DNA from: Gammaproteobacteria bacterium
GTDB taxonomy: Bacteria > Pseudomonadota > Gammaproteobacteria > HIGHO2-12-38-15
Direction: 5' to 3'
Assembly: GCA_016218405.1 (NCBI GenBank)
Contig: JACREE010000022.1
Location: forward strand, 1-59,523
DNA: 59,523 nt
Shown: one piece after another, positions 30,912-41,970 of the stretch
How the letters are laid out: every line of letters begins with the position of its first letter
Position numbering within the stretch: position 1 is the first letter of the stretch
Notes under the pieces: generated by a model
The model's database searches: none
Told to the model about the DNA's origin: nothing
Seen by the model: only the letters and a program-made list of their open reading frames with translations
Position numbers and translations under genes: made by a program

Positions 30912-32480
30912 ATGACGGAGCTACTTGAGGAAAGAATCAGTGAGACAACAGAAATTACGCATTATTTGTCTAAAATAGTCAGTTTTGAAGAATTTTTAAA
31001 TAAGATATCGGCGAATAGAGCATATAAACAAATTTCCCATTGCCATGGTGTGTTTGATTTGTTGCACATAGGGCATATTAAGCATTTAAATGAAGCGAAA
31101 TTGTTTGCGGATATGTTGGTGGTGAGTATCACGCCTGATCGATTTGTCAATAAAGGGGCAGGGCGTCCTTGTTTTACTGAGAAATTGCGTGCGGAAGCAT
31201 TGGCTTCCTTGTCTTGTGTGGATTATGTCATTGTAAATGATGAGCCGACGGCAGTGAATGCAATAAAAACAATAAAACCAGATTTTTATGTGAAAGGAAT
31301 AGAATATCAAACTGTCAGTAATGATATCACAGGCAAAATCACGGAAGAAGAAGAAGCAGTAAGAGGGGTTGGCGGGAAATTACGTTTTACAGACGATATC
31401 GTGTTTAGTTCATCTGCTTTGATTAATAAATTTTTTTCGCCTTATTCAAAAGAAGTTAATCTTTATTTGGATAATTTTAAAAAGAAGTTCAAGGGATATG
31501 AAGTATTACAATATCTTGAAAATGCAAAAAACCTAAAGGTTTTGTTAATAGGAGAAGCCATTATTGATATTTATCATTATGGCGAGGCTATTGGGAAAGC
31601 GGGTAAAGAACCTATTCTAGTAACTAAATATCACCGAGAAGAAATGTATGCAGGTGGTGCCTTAGCGGTGGCTAATCACTTAAGCAGTTTCTGTGGAAAG
31701 ATAACGTGTGTGACGATGCTGGGCGAAAAAGGAGAGTATGAGTCTTTTGTTAATGAAAAAACAAACCATAATGTTGAGATGAAGTTATTTTATAAACAGG
31801 GCGCGCCTACTATCGTTAAAAGACGTTATTTAGAAGAATACACATCTCAGAAGTTATTTGAAATTTATGAAATAGAAGATGGCTACCTTGAGGAAGAGCA
31901 AAAGAAATTGTTTTTAAATGAAGTGAAAAAATTAATGGATGAACATGATGTAATTTTAGTGGCTGATTATGGTCATGGATTATTAGACGGTGAATTTGCG
32001 CAAATGGTGAGTGAGAGCGGAAAATTTTTAGCAGTTAATACGCAGTCAAATGCGAGCAATCACGGGTTTAATTGTATTTCAAAATATAAAAGAGCAGATT
32101 ATGTGTGCATTGCTATGCGTGAGCTCCAACTCAATTACAGGCAGCGTCACATTTCAGTGATGGATCAAATTAATCATTTAGCATCAGATTTTGATTATAA
32201 AAATATTACCATTACTAGTGGGCGCACGGGCTCCTATGTTTATTCGAGGGGAGAAGAGGTTTGTGAAACTCCCGCATTTGCAAGAGAAATTAAAGATCGT
32301 GTAGGTGCAGGAGATGCAGTGCTTGCTATTACCAGTCTGTGTGTGGCCCAAGGTTCACCCCCTGAAATTGTGGGTTTAGTGGGGAACGTAGTAGGCGCGG
32401 AGGCAGTGAATGTTATGGGTAATGAGCGTTATATTGATAAAACGAGCTTGATGAAACATATTTCTCACTTGTTAAAATAA
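30912..32480 (+). CDS. Bifunctional nucleotidyltransferase (N-terminal) / PfkB sugar kinase (C-terminal), HldE-like with reversed domain order
   Basis: HGVFDLLHIGH, KGAGRP, SSSALI in the first third; IGEAIID, ADYGHG, DRVGAGDA in the remainder. Confidence 0.85.
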   Translation: MTELLEERISETTEITHYLSKIVSFEEFLNKISANRAYKQISHCHGVFDLLHIGHIKHLNEAKLFADMLVVSITPDRFVNKGAGRPCFTEKLRAEALASLSCVDYVIVNDEPTAVNAIKTIKPDFYVKGIEYQTVSNDITGKITEEEEAVRGVGGKLRFTDDIVFSSSALINKFFSPYSKEVNLYLDNFKKKFKGYEVLQYLENAKNLKVLLIGEAIIDIYHYGEAIGKAGKEPILVTKYHREEMYAGGALAVANHLSSFCGKITCVTMLGEKGEYESFVNEKTNHNVEMKLFYKQGAPTIVKRRYLEEYTSQKLFEIYEIEDGYLEEEQKKLFLNEVKKLMDEHDVILVADYGHGLLDGEFAQMVSESGKFLAVNTQSNASNHGFNCISKYKRADYVCIAMRELQLNYRQRHISVMDQINHLASDFDYKNITITSGRTGSYVYSRGEEVCETPAFAREIKDRVGAGDAVLAITSLCVAQGSPPEIVGLVGNVVGAEAVNVMGNERYIDKTSLMKHISHLLK

Positions 32481-32482
32481 AT

Positions 32483-33094
32483 TCAGGTGATTATAGGAGC
32501 ATCTATTTTTTTCTTTAACAAAGAAATCATGTGTTCTGGGTGGGGTGTGTCTGCATCAAGTTGATTGGCTACCCAGCCTTCGAGCGGTAACCCGCGTTGT
32601 TTGATATTTTCGTATGTTAATAAAGCATGATTTAGGCAACCTAAGCGTAAGCCTATGACCAGTATAAGAGGGCATTGAAATAAGGTGGCCACATCTGCCA
32701 TGGTTTCAGTGCCATTGATGGGGGTTAACCAGCCGCCCGCGCCTTCGATTAGACAAAAATCAAATTCTGTTGATAACGCGGCTTGACAGGCTGAGACAAC
32801 ATCGCATGCTTGAAAAGAACGCTGCTCTAATTCAGCAGCAAGATGGGGTGAAACGGGTGCTTGAAATAAAAAAGGATTGATTTGATCATAAGGGAGTTTT
32901 ATAGAAGAAGCTTGAGAAAGATGTAGCGCGTCTTCGTTATAATAATTTAGCTTATGTTGAATCGTGCCACTGGCAACAGGTTTGATGCCCAGTGTGCGCA
33001 GCTGAAGTTGATTCATTCTCATTAAAAGATTGCAACTTACGTATGTTTTGCCTACGTGAGTGTCGGTGCCTGTGATAAAAAAACATTTCTTCAT
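32483..33094 (-). CDS. bioD: Dethiobiotin synthase
   Basis: FITGTDTHVGKT, KPVASG, IEGAGG, LGCLNHALLT. Confidence 0.96.
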   Translation of the reverse strand: MKKCFFITGTDTHVGKTYVSCNLLMRMNQLQLRTLGIKPVASGTIQHKLNYYNEDALHLSQASSIKLPYDQINPFLFQAPVSPHLAAELEQRSFQACDVVSACQAALSTEFDFCLIEGAGGWLTPINGTETMADVATLFQCPLILVIGLRLGCLNHALLTYENIKQRGLPLEGWVANQLDADTPHPEHMISLLKKKIDAPIIT

Positions 33095-33882
33095 TTTTTT
33101 ACGATACCAAAAAAAACATGATAGTGTAGAGGAACACCTTTGTCTTCTATTCTAAATTGCTCATAGTGTTCGATGACTCGTTTTAGTGCTTGTTTTCCTA
33201 ATAATTTTGTTCCTTGATCCAATTTACGATACGTGACGCCCAGTTTTTTTAGATGAAGCATCGCTTGCATTGCATCAGGATAATAGAGTGTATAGGTTTT
33301 TTCTAGAAATAAAATAAGTTGAAATTTTTTTTCTAAAAATGAAATAAGCGTTTCTTTGTCTATAAAATCATGAACATGAGGGCGTTGATCAATCAAAAAC
33401 CAGCTTTGCCGAAGCTGCGATAGAGAGTGTGGGCCTAATGTTGAAAAGACAAATAGACCAGATTGCGCTAAAATACGATTAATTTCATCTAGCGTTTCTT
33501 CTAACTTCGTGCTCCACTGTAACATTAAGCTTGAAAAAATAAGTTTAAATTGACCTTCTTTGAAAGGCAGCTTGTCTGCATCTGCGCAAATGCAAGAAGC
33601 TTGAGTGAATTGATTTTGAAGATGCTTGAGCATGCCAAATGAAATATCTAAATTAATCAATGTAAAACCTATCTGTTTTTTAAGTTGTTTTAATATAAAA
33701 CCTGTGCCTGAGCCGAGATCTAAGCTAGGATAAAAATCATCTCTGAAAGAATCAGTTACAGTTGTTTTAAAAAACAAATCAACCAAGTCGGTGGCGACTT
33801 GTCGCTGAAGTTCCGCTTCTTGATCGTAATCTGACGCAGCGGAAGAAAAAGTTCGAATCAGTTTGTTTTTATAATTCATCAT
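33091..33882 (-). CDS. bioC: Malonyl-ACP O-methyltransferase
   Basis: FSSAASDYD, LDLGSGTG, SSLMLQW; position in the bio operon. Confidence 0.92.
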   Translation of the reverse strand: MMNYKNKLIRTFSSAASDYDQEAELQRQVATDLVDLFFKTTVTDSFRDDFYPSLDLGSGTGFILKQLKKQIGFTLINLDISFGMLKHLQNQFTQASCICADADKLPFKEGQFKLIFSSLMLQWSTKLEETLDEINRILAQSGLFVFSTLGPHSLSQLRQSWFLIDQRPHVHDFIDKETLISFLEKKFQLILFLEKTYTLYYPDAMQAMLHLKKLGVTYRKLDQGTKLLGKQALKRVIEHYEQFRIEDKGVPLHYHVFFGIVKK

Positions 33883-35038
33883 TTTTATTTATTAAAAAAT
33901 AAGATAAACAGCTGAGTAAATAATCAAGGTGTGAAATTTGATGATGAGCATTCAGTGTGATGCGTAGTAATGAACGACCGGGTGGCACCGTGGGTGGTCT
34001 GATGGCCGCCACCCATACCCCTCTTTTTTTTAATTGTTCAAAGCATATCATCGTTTTTTTATCTTCTCCAAGCAAGATAGCTTGAATGGGTGTGCTTGAT
34101 TTTAAAATAGTTAAGCCAAGTGAGTTGGCCTGCGTTTGGAAGTAAGCAATTAAATTATTTAAATGCGTTCTTCGCCAAGTTTCTGATTCTAATAGTTTCA
34201 AACTGGCTCGTGTTGCTTCACATAAGGCGGGTGCTTGAGCTGTGGTATAAATGTAAGAGCGTGCGTACTGAATGAGCGCTTCAATAGACACATCGCTGCC
34301 TGCAACGAATGCGCCTGACGTACCCAGGGCTTTGCCAAAAGTGCCAACCAGCATGGAAACAGCGTGTTGCTTTCCTTCGGTGCTGCCCTGTCCTTTGTTT
34401 CCTATGACGCCTATGCCATGCGCATCATCCACAATTAATACACCTTTTGTTTCATTTTTAATGGAAATTAATTTTTCTAAACAAGCCAAATCACCTTCCA
34501 TGCTAAATACCCCTTCTGTAATAAGAAAGGGTATTGCATGAATCGATTTTTTTAATTTATGTTTTAAATCGATTGTATTGTTATGTTTATAACGAAATAA
34601 AGCAGCAGGACTTGAGAGTGAAGCATCAATTAAAGAGGCATGTGCGAGTTTGTCGATAAAAATAGAATCTTTTTTTTGTGTTAAGGCGTGAATGACCCCT
34701 GAATTGGCCATAAAACCGGATGAAAATAAAAGACATCGGGGGTAATTAAAAAAATGAGCCAGTTCTTCTTCAAGTGCATGGTGAGCATGCGTGTAACCAC
34801 CCAAAAGAGCAGAAGCACCACTGCCCACCCCATATTGATCCACGCCTTTTTTAAAGGCATGGATCACGTGGGGGTGATTGGCAAGACCTAAATAATCATT
34901 GCTTGAAAAATTTAAATATTTTTTTCCATCCACAATGACGTCAGCCTCAATAGGCGTGCTGCGCTTGAATCGTTGGCGAAACAAATTTTTTTCAGTGCGT
35001 TCTTTTAGTTTATGCTGAAGTGAATTTTCTAAAATCAT
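33869..35038 (-). CDS. bioF: 8-amino-7-oxononanoate synthase
   Basis: [33 protein letters not shown]; start set at ATG 35038 (ATGA overlap with bioB). Confidence 0.95.
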   Translation of the reverse strand: MILENSLQHKLKERTEKNLFRQRFKRSTPIEADVIVDGKKYLNFSSNDYLGLANHPHVIHAFKKGVDQYGVGSGASALLGGYTHAHHALEEELAHFFNYPRCLLFSSGFMANSGVIHALTQKKDSIFIDKLAHASLIDASLSSPAALFRYKHNNTIDLKHKLKKSIHAIPFLITEGVFSMEGDLACLEKLISIKNETKGVLIVDDAHGIGVIGNKGQGSTEGKQHAVSMLVGTFGKALGTSGAFVAGSDVSIEALIQYARSYIYTTAQAPALCEATRASLKLLESETWRRTHLNNLIAYFQTQANSLGLTILKSSTPIQAILLGEDKKTMICFEQLKKRGVWVAAIRPPTVPPGRSLLRITLNAHHQISHLDYLLSCLSYFLINKNDEL

Positions 35039-36000
35039 GAGATGTTTGTCTCGCAAATAGCTAATCCCAGTCGATTTAAGAGATCGCGGTCTTTGCAAGC
35101 TTGAGGGTTGGATGTCACCAACAATTTTTCACCATAAAAAATGGAATTAGCGCCTGCGAAAAAACACAGGGCTTGTGTTTCATCCGACATGGTTTCACGA
35201 CCTGCTGACAGCCTGACTTTTGACGCAGGCATCATTATTCTGGCCACTGCAATGGTCCTGACGAAATCAAGCGCTCCCAGTTCGGGTGTGTCTGCTAAAG
35301 GTGTACCTTTAACCGCAACCAAACGATTAATAGGCACGCTTTCGGGGTGTTGGGGTAAATTGGCCAATTGTTGTAAAAACGAAACACGATCATCTTGAGT
35401 TTCGCCCATGCCCACAATGCCTCCGCAACAGACCTTCATACCTGCTTCGCGTACATGCTGCAACGTGTGTAGACGATCATCATAGCTGCGTGTAGAAATA
35501 ATCTGTGTGTAATACTCAGGAGAAGTATCTAAATTATGATTGTAATAATCTAAACCGGCTTCTTGAAGTGCTTGTGCTTGTTCTTTAGAAAGCATACCCA
35601 AAGTCATGCAAGTTTCTAAGCCCAGAGTTTTTATTTCTTTGATAATATTGATAATTTTATGAAATTCTTTTTCAGGTGGGTTGCGCCATGCCGCGCCCAT
35701 GCAAAAACGAGTGGCGCCACTCTCTTTCGCGGCGATCGCTTTTTCTTTAATATTGGCTAAAGACATCAATGCTTCTTTTTTATAAGCTGTTTCATGATGT
35801 CCGCTTTGTGGACAGTAGGCGCAATCTTCAGGGCAAGCACCGGTTTTGATACTCAAAAGTGTGCTGAGTTGAATTTTATTATCAGGAAAATACTGTCGGT
35901 GTGTGGAGTGTGCCAAAAACAATAAATCAAAAAAAGGCATTGAAAACAAATGATCAATTTCTACTTTCTGCCAGTTATGTCGAATTTTTTCTGTTATCAT
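35035..36000 (-). CDS. bioB: Biotin synthase (radical SAM)
   Basis: [26 protein letters not shown]; start set at ATG 36000 with GAGG RBS. Confidence 0.97.
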   Translation of the reverse strand: MITEKIRHNWQKVEIDHLFSMPFFDLLFLAHSTHRQYFPDNKIQLSTLLSIKTGACPEDCAYCPQSGHHETAYKKEALMSLANIKEKAIAAKESGATRFCMGAAWRNPPEKEFHKIINIIKEIKTLGLETCMTLGMLSKEQAQALQEAGLDYYNHNLDTSPEYYTQIISTRSYDDRLHTLQHVREAGMKVCCGGIVGMGETQDDRVSFLQQLANLPQHPESVPINRLVAVKGTPLADTPELGALDFVRTIAVARIMMPASKVRLSAGRETMSDETQALCFFAGANSIFYGEKLLVTSNPQACKDRDLLNRLGLAICETNIS

Positions 36001-36029
36001 TTTATTTTCCTCAGTGGTTGGGCGTGTAA

Positions 36030-37361
36030 ATGAGTGATGCATTACTCGAAACAGATTTAAAACATGTTTGGCATCCTTGTTCGCAAATGAAAGATTACGA
36101 ACACTGTCCCCCTTTGCTTATTCAGGGTGCGCAAGGCCCTTATCTTGAGTTAAAAGGGGGAAAAAAAATAATAGATGCCATTTCAAGTTGGTGGTGTAAA
36201 CCGCTTGGGCATGGTCACCCCCGCTTAAAGCAAGCATTATTAGCGCAGTTGGACTGCTATGAGCATGTAATTGCAGCGCATACCTGTCAAGCACCCTCCG
36301 CCTTATTGGCAGCGCAACTTGCTCAGTTATGCGCACCCTTAGATAAGGTTTTTTTTGCGAGTGAAGGTTCAAGTGCGGTCGAAATAGCCTTGAAGATGAG
36401 TCTTCATGCACACCTTATTGAGGGTAATACGCAGCGCACACAGTTTATGGCACTCGAAAATGCTTACCATGGTGAAACAGCTTTAGCGTTAAGTGTAAGC
36501 GATTTAGGTTTATATCGAAAACCTTATGAAAAAATATTGACCCCTGTTCATTTTTTAAAAAATCTACCCTATGTTAAACGCGAAGGAGAGCCGCTTTGGC
36601 AAGACTGTGGTGCTTATTGGCCGGATATTGAAAGGCAGCTGGACGCTGTGTCTGACACGCTTTCTGCCATTATTGTGGAACCTATTGTGCAAGGTGCAGG
36701 GGGGATGTTGATTTACAGTCAAGATTTTTTGAAGCGTCTGCGTGCCTGGACAAAGAGGAAAAGCATACATTTGATTGCAGATGAAATCATGACGGGGTTA
36801 GGTCGTACAGGCCGCTTACTGGCTTGTGAGTACGCCAATATCGTGCCAGATTTTATGTGTTTGGGTAAAAATATAACGGGCGGTTTTTTGCCGCTGAGTG
36901 CCGTTGTGACGCGAAATGAGATATATCAGCTGTTTTATGATGATTATCATCGTGATCGTAATTTTTTGCATTCTCATACCTTTTCAGGCAATGCATTGGC
37001 GTGCAGTGTTGCTTTGGAAGCAGTGTCTATTTTGTCTGAGGAGGGGATGCGGCAACAGTGTCATCAGCGCGCTCAGCAGATGGCCATATTAATGGAAGAA
37101 GTGGCGGAAGAAACAAATCAATTAATGAATGTGCGTCATATCGGTATGATTGCAGCGGCAGATTTAATCTTAACACCACCACAACAGCAAACCCGTGCGG
37201 GCTATGCTGTTTATCAACAGGCTTTAAAATTAGGCGCGTTGCTACGTCCTTTAGGTAATACGCTGTATTGGCTCCCCCCCTTTATTTGCGAGGAGGCTAC
37301 GTTAGCTGAATTAAAAGAAATCACCGTAAAAGCGATTAAGATGTTTGCGTTGTCTGGGTAA
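36030..37361 (+). CDS. bioA: Adenosylmethionine-8-amino-7-oxononanoate aminotransferase
   Basis: [45 protein letters not shown]. Confidence 0.95.
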   Translation: MSDALLETDLKHVWHPCSQMKDYEHCPPLLIQGAQGPYLELKGGKKIIDAISSWWCKPLGHGHPRLKQALLAQLDCYEHVIAAHTCQAPSALLAAQLAQLCAPLDKVFFASEGSSAVEIALKMSLHAHLIEGNTQRTQFMALENAYHGETALALSVSDLGLYRKPYEKILTPVHFLKNLPYVKREGEPLWQDCGAYWPDIERQLDAVSDTLSAIIVEPIVQGAGGMLIYSQDFLKRLRAWTKRKSIHLIADEIMTGLGRTGRLLACEYANIVPDFMCLGKNITGGFLPLSAVVTRNEIYQLFYDDYHRDRNFLHSHTFSGNALACSVALEAVSILSEEGMRQQCHQRAQQMAILMEEVAEETNQLMNVRHIGMIAAADLILTPPQQQTRAGYAVYQQALKLGALLRPLGNTLYWLPPFICEEATLAELKEITVKAIKMFALSG

Positions 37362-38301
37362 GTGGTATATCTCCCCTATTTTCTAAAAACCAGCGATAGG
37401 TATCGCGTACACCTTCTTCAAGCCCTAGGCTGGCGTGCCAACCCAATTGAGTAAGGCGTGAGGTATCGAGTAATTTGCGTGGCGCACCATCAGGTTTGCT
37501 CGAGTCGAAAACGATGTCACCAGAAAAACCAACGACCCCTTGCACAAGTGTAATTAAATCACGAATGGTAATTTCCTGCCCTGTCCCGATGTTAATGAGA
37601 AATTCGGCATGCTCTGTGTTTGTTAAAAATAAACAGGCTGAGGCCAAATCATCTGCATGAAGAAATTCTCGGTAGGCAGCGCCTGTGCCCCAAAAGCTGA
37701 CATGAGTATCACGCTTGATTTTTGCCTGATGCAATTTGCAGATGAGCGCGGGCAGCACGTGTGAAGTGGCTAAATCAAAATTGTCATTCGGACCATAAAG
37801 ACTGGTCGGTATGAGTGAAATAAATTGTGTACCATACTGTGCATTATAGGCTTCGCACAACTTCAGACCTGCTATTTTTGCAATAGCATAAGGTTCATTG
37901 GTGGGCTCGAGGGGACCTGTGAGCAAATACGCTTCTTTCATAGGTTGAGGACACAAACGAGGGTAAGAACAAGAACTTCCGAAAAAAACTAATTTTTTTG
38001 CGCCAAAGCACCGCGCGGCTTCAATCACATTAAGTTCAATGGCCAAATTATTAAAAATAAACTCCCCACGATATGTGTTATTGGCATGAATTCCCCCCAC
38101 TTTCGCGGCCGCCAAAAAAACGTAATCCGGTTTTTCTTGAGCGAAAAAATCATAAACCTGCTGCTGTTGTGTCAAGTCCAATTCAGCATGTGTGCGCAAA
38201 ACCAAATGGGTGTAGCCCTGTTTACGCAAGGCGCGTACTATAGCGGAACCGACCAAACCGCGATGCCCAGCAACATAAATCTTATCAGAGAGATTCATCA
38301 T
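37336..38301 (-). CDS. fcl: GDP-L-fucose synthase
   Basis: YVAGHRGLVGSAI, AAAKVGGIHAN, LEPTNEPYAIAKIAG, SHVLPAL; start at ATG 38301 or 38298. Confidence 0.93.
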   Translation of the reverse strand: MMNLSDKIYVAGHRGLVGSAIVRALRKQGYTHLVLRTHAELDLTQQQQVYDFFAQEKPDYVFLAAAKVGGIHANNTYRGEFIFNNLAIELNVIEAARCFGAKKLVFFGSSCSYPRLCPQPMKEAYLLTGPLEPTNEPYAIAKIAGLKLCEAYNAQYGTQFISLIPTSLYGPNDNFDLATSHVLPALICKLHQAKIKRDTHVSFWGTGAAYREFLHADDLASACLFLTNTEHAEFLINIGTGQEITIRDLITLVQGVVGFSGDIVFDSSKPDGAPRKLLDTSRLTQLGWHASLGLEEGVRDTYRWFLENRGDIPLTQTTQTS

Positions 38302-38407
38302 AATAGCGATATCCAAGAGGGAGGGTTAAAAACCAGGGTTTTTGGGTGTGGGGAGTATAGGGTATAACAGATGAAAATCCCAGTTTGGGTTTTTTAAATG
38401 GCGTGAT

Positions 38408-39148
38408 TCAGCGTAAATTTTTTAGTGGGATGCCCGGTTTATAACGAAGAGAACGAACTTTCAGAGTTTGCCAAAATGTTTGCCAGTACACTTGTAAACG
38501 TTTTTGAGACCAACTCGATTTACCTTCACGTCGATCGTGAAAAGTGACTGGTACTTCTTCAATAATCCAACCATGAGTTCGAGCAATAGCAAGTATTTGT
38601 ATATCAAACACAAAAGTTTTTGCTCGCTCGGCAGGAATTAAATCCATTAAGTTACGATGAAACATCTTAGGCAAACCATTGACATCTTTGATGTGAAGAT
38701 GAAGCAGCTGATTAGCTAAAAAAGTATAACATTTACTAATTAATTTAGTTTGCATGGGGTCATGACGAATGGTTCGATAGCCCTTAACAAGTAATTTATT
38801 TTTTGATGTAAGGTTAGATAAAAAGGCATGATAGACCTTAAGAACATCTTCAGGCATAACCTGCAGATCGCCAGGGATATAGCAAAAAATATCACATCGT
38901 GCATATTTAAATCCCTCATAAACACCACCACCATAATTTTGATTTTGTTCTAAGTGTATTGGCACGATCCATGGATGTGATTTTGCTGCTTCATCGATAA
39001 GTGTGCCAGTATTATCACCCGAGGCATTATTAACCAGTATTAACTCCTTCATTCCAATCTGTGGTAATTTACTTTCTTCAATAGCTCGAATTAATTTAGG
39101 CACGCTCGCACTTTCATTCCAAAGAGGAATAATCAAACTAAATTTCAT
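38408..39148 (-). CDS. GT2 glycosyltransferase, polyprenol-phosphate glycosyltransferase (DPM1/GtrB-like)
   Basis: SLIIPLWNE, LVNNASGDNT, NQNYGGGV, EVPVTFHDRREGKS; the DxD position reads PGD. Confidence 0.75.
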   Translation of the reverse strand: MKFSLIIPLWNESASVPKLIRAIEESKLPQIGMKELILVNNASGDNTGTLIDEAAKSHPWIVPIHLEQNQNYGGGVYEGFKYARCDIFCYIPGDLQVMPEDVLKVYHAFLSNLTSKNKLLVKGYRTIRHDPMQTKLISKCYTFLANQLLHLHIKDVNGLPKMFHRNLMDLIPAERAKTFVFDIQILAIARTHGWIIEEVPVTFHDRREGKSSWSQKRLQVYWQTFWQTLKVRSLRYKPGIPLKNLR

Positions 39149-39162
39149 AAAAAATTCCTTTA

Positions 39163-39867
39163 TTAATTTTCATGAAACAGGGTGCTCATATCTTCAACTT
39201 GAGTCACTTTTATGGCACGGACCTGTCGATTTTGACTTATAAGCCCATTAACTGACGGACATATGAAAAATGATGCGCCAATTTTACATATATCAAGGTG
39301 TTGAAAGCAGTAAATCATTGCCTGTAAATAGGCAGTGACATTTCTAAAAAAATAAACTCCAGTTGAAGCATGTGTGGAAATAAGTTGTTTTTCACGTGCT
39401 TTAGTTACAACATCGCCATCTAAGCTGATATAGCTAAATTTAGGATTGCTGGAGTCAAAATACGGTACTACTGCATCAACATACGGATTACTATAAAAAT
39501 AAGCGCATACATCCTGCGGCATTGTAAAGACGATATCCGCCAAATCGATAATTACGGGGGTATCGTATTGTTTGGCAAGTGCAAGCCCAGCAAGCGCTGA
39601 TAAAGGTGCGCCTGCGCTGAGATCACTTAAAATGACTGTATGGGCCGAGGGAAAGCGCTTCATGATTAATGTTTGCACTTGTTTGGTATGAATGCCTTCA
39701 TCACGCAAAATAAAAACCAACTGGTTACTGTCGTGATCATTTATCCATGGCCGATGGGCTAGTACATGCTCTATTAATGTTGTGTGTCCAACAGGATAAA
39801 GGGGACGGATTCCGAATTGTTCTGTGTAAAAATCTGGGCCTGCTAACGGAATTAGGATAAGACACAT
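39163..39867 (-). CDS. BcbE-like nucleotidyltransferase-fold protein, divergent paralog 3
   Basis: ILIPLAG, NPKFSY, REKQLISTHASTGVYFF, FFICP; start at ATG 39867. Confidence 0.7.
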   Translation of the reverse strand: MCLILIPLAGPDFYTEQFGIRPLYPVGHTTLIEHVLAHRPWINDHDSNQLVFILRDEGIHTKQVQTLIMKRFPSAHTVILSDLSAGAPLSALAGLALAKQYDTPVIIDLADIVFTMPQDVCAYFYSNPYVDAVVPYFDSSNPKFSYISLDGDVVTKAREKQLISTHASTGVYFFRNVTAYLQAMIYCFQHLDICKIGASFFICPSVNGLISQNRQVRAIKVTQVEDMSTLFHEN

Positions 39868-40592
39868 GAGCGATCCTTGATAAAACGAGTAAGATCCTCT
39901 GGTGTACCTAGCCCGTGCATACATGTAGCATCAATATTATAAATGCCGATACGAAGACCGGCAGATATGCAATAGTTATAGACCGGACAGGTATAAAACT
40001 CACCATTAACACGATCATTGGCTATTAGCATATCGATGGCTGCGTCAACAAAATGTTTACCTTGAGAAAAATAATATAATCCAACCGTTGCATAAGCTGA
40101 AATGGGTTGTTTTTCTTTAACTTCGAGCACTAAATTTGTTTCATTAAGTCTTGCAAAGGACCATTTGGGATCGCGCATAGGATCGATGAAAGTTAGGATG
40201 GAGCCATCCAACTGACGATCTTGGCAATCTTGAATGAAATCAATAATGTTTGCATCGATATATTGATCTGAATTTGCCAGTAGTAATGGGACGCTATTGT
40301 TAATGAATCGATGCGCATGTAAAACGGTGCAAGTGGCACCTTCCGTAAGTCTATCAACAGCAATGATATGGGCATTGAAATTGTTTTGAATTCTATTGAA
40401 AATTGAAGCATGAGATTCAATATGTTCGGTGCGTGCTAACAACAAATAGTGCGCATCTTTGATATAAAGATTTTTTAAAACGAGTTCAATGAGCGTAGTT
40501 CCATTTACCATAATAAACGGCTTGGGTGTTGAATATCCTGCTTTAACAAAACGTGAACCTTGGCCCGCCATGGGGATGACAATATTGATCAT
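39852..40592 (-). CDS. BcbE-like sugar nucleotidyltransferase, paralog 2
   Basis: IVIPMAGQGSRF, PKPFI, LLANSDQ, PKWSFA, EKQPIS, NGEFYTCPVYN, GLGTPEDL. Confidence 0.82.
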   Translation of the reverse strand: MINIVIPMAGQGSRFVKAGYSTPKPFIMVNGTTLIELVLKNLYIKDAHYLLLARTEHIESHASIFNRIQNNFNAHIIAVDRLTEGATCTVLHAHRFINNSVPLLLANSDQYIDANIIDFIQDCQDRQLDGSILTFIDPMRDPKWSFARLNETNLVLEVKEKQPISAYATVGLYYFSQGKHFVDAAIDMLIANDRVNGEFYTCPVYNYCISAGLRIGIYNIDATCMHGLGTPEDLTRFIKDRSCVLS

Positions 40593-41335
40593 ATTTGTAT
40601 TCCTTCCCTAAATCTTTGTTCGAATTCTTGTATTTTTTCAGGGGAATAAAATGAGTGATATTCGCTTGTTTCAATCCTATATGTTTTAAGTTTTTTATTA
40701 TCCAAAATCATTTCATTTAAGACTGAGGAGGTATAATACATTCCTTCATGACTTCGATCTTTAATAACGACACACATGGCACTTTGGATAAAATGGGTTC
40801 CTCGCTTAAAATAATATAATCCTGCTATGGCATCACGGCTGATTGGTTTTTTTTCGGTTGTTTCAATTAGAATTTGATCTTCTGTCACCCTTGCATAAGA
40901 CCATTGTGGATGAATCGAATCAAAGCAAATTACACCGCCATCAATATTTGGTTTACTAAAAAAATTGATAATAGGTTCGAATGAGTGGTTAATGACTTGA
41001 TCGGCATTGGCAATTAAGAGAGGATTGTTATGGTTAAGAAATTTAATGGCCAACAATAAACTGCACACAGCTCCTTTGGTTGGCGATTTTTGGACGACGA
41101 TATCACAATTATCAAAAGTCAGCATTTTTAAAATATTATCTAATTGGTATTTTTTTAAATCTGTATCATTGATAATGAATAGAAAGCGCTTGTTTACTGG
41201 GATCTGCATTAAGTTTTCAATAACAACTTGAATCATTGGTCGACCGAGAATTTCTTGAAATACTTTAGGATAGTGATGTAATTTTTCTGGATAAAAGAGA
41301 GAACTTCCTGCCATAGGCACGGCAATAGTTAGCAT
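40589..41335 (-). CDS. BcbE-like sugar nucleotidyltransferase, paralog 1
   Basis: IAVPMAG, YPK, LLIANADQ, HPQWSYA, EKKPIS, AIAGLYYF. Confidence 0.8.
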   Translation of the reverse strand: MLTIAVPMAGSSLFYPEKLHHYPKVFQEILGRPMIQVVIENLMQIPVNKRFLFIINDTDLKKYQLDNILKMLTFDNCDIVVQKSPTKGAVCSLLLAIKFLNHNNPLLIANADQVINHSFEPIINFFSKPNIDGGVICFDSIHPQWSYARVTEDQILIETTEKKPISRDAIAGLYYFKRGTHFIQSAMCVVIKDRSHEGMYYTSSVLNEMILDNKKLKTYRIETSEYHSFYSPEKIQEFEQRFREGIQI

Positions 41336-41970
41336 TAATTGGCCCCCATGTTAAGTGAATCAATGCGTGCTTTAATATTAAAATAGGTAACATCATTAAC
41401 CGTTTGAATAGGCAGCAGATGTGCTCCGCTCGCAATAGCCGCTTTTATCCCATATTCATTATCTTCAAGAATAAGTGTTTCGTGTGGCTTTACTCCCAAT
41501 TTATCCATGCATTTAATATATATTTCCGGATCGGGTTTTCCCTTTGTAACGTCTTGATTAGAAAATACGGCATCAAAATATTGGATAAGCATTGCTTTCT
41601 CAAGCATAATTCTGACTGTATTTCGGATGGAATTAGAACAAGCAGCCAGAAGTTTTCCCTCATTTTTTAATCGAGAAAGTGCATATTCATGAATAAACAT
41701 GGGTTTGCATTTTTGATAAACTTCTTCCAGTGTTCGTTGTTGTTTTACCTCATTGAGGAAGGCATGAAGTTCAACGGGTAACCCCCGCTCTACTGTCAGC
41801 ATTTCAAGTTTCTTCCTTGTGGGTAAACCATCGTATGTTCCAAGGTGATCGTATAAACTTATTTCCATGCCAAACAAACTTAAGGCCTTATTCAATGCTT
41901 CATAATGCCAATCTTTTGCATCAATCAACACCCCATCGATATCAAATAGAACAGCTTTAATTAGATTCAT
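41335..41970 (-). CDS. HAD-family phosphatase
   Basis: VLFDIDGVL, CSNS, KGKPDPEIY, ILED; start set at ATG 41970 (ATGA overlap). Confidence 0.88.
   Translation of the reverse strand: MNLIKAVLFDIDGVLIDAKDWHYEALNKALSLFGMEISLYDHLGTYDGLPTRKKLEMLTVERGLPVELHAFLNEVKQQRTLEEVYQKCKPMFIHEYALSRLKNEGKLLAACSNSIRNTVRIMLEKAMLIQYFDAVFSNQDVTKGKPDPEIYIKCMDKLGVKPHETLILEDNEYGIKAAIASGAHLLPIQTVNDVTYFNIKARIDSLNMGAN

Noticed and set aside
32483-37361. Absence of bioH from the biotin cluster
   Set aside because: bioA/bioBFCD with an unlinked esterase is the ordinary E. coli-type arrangement
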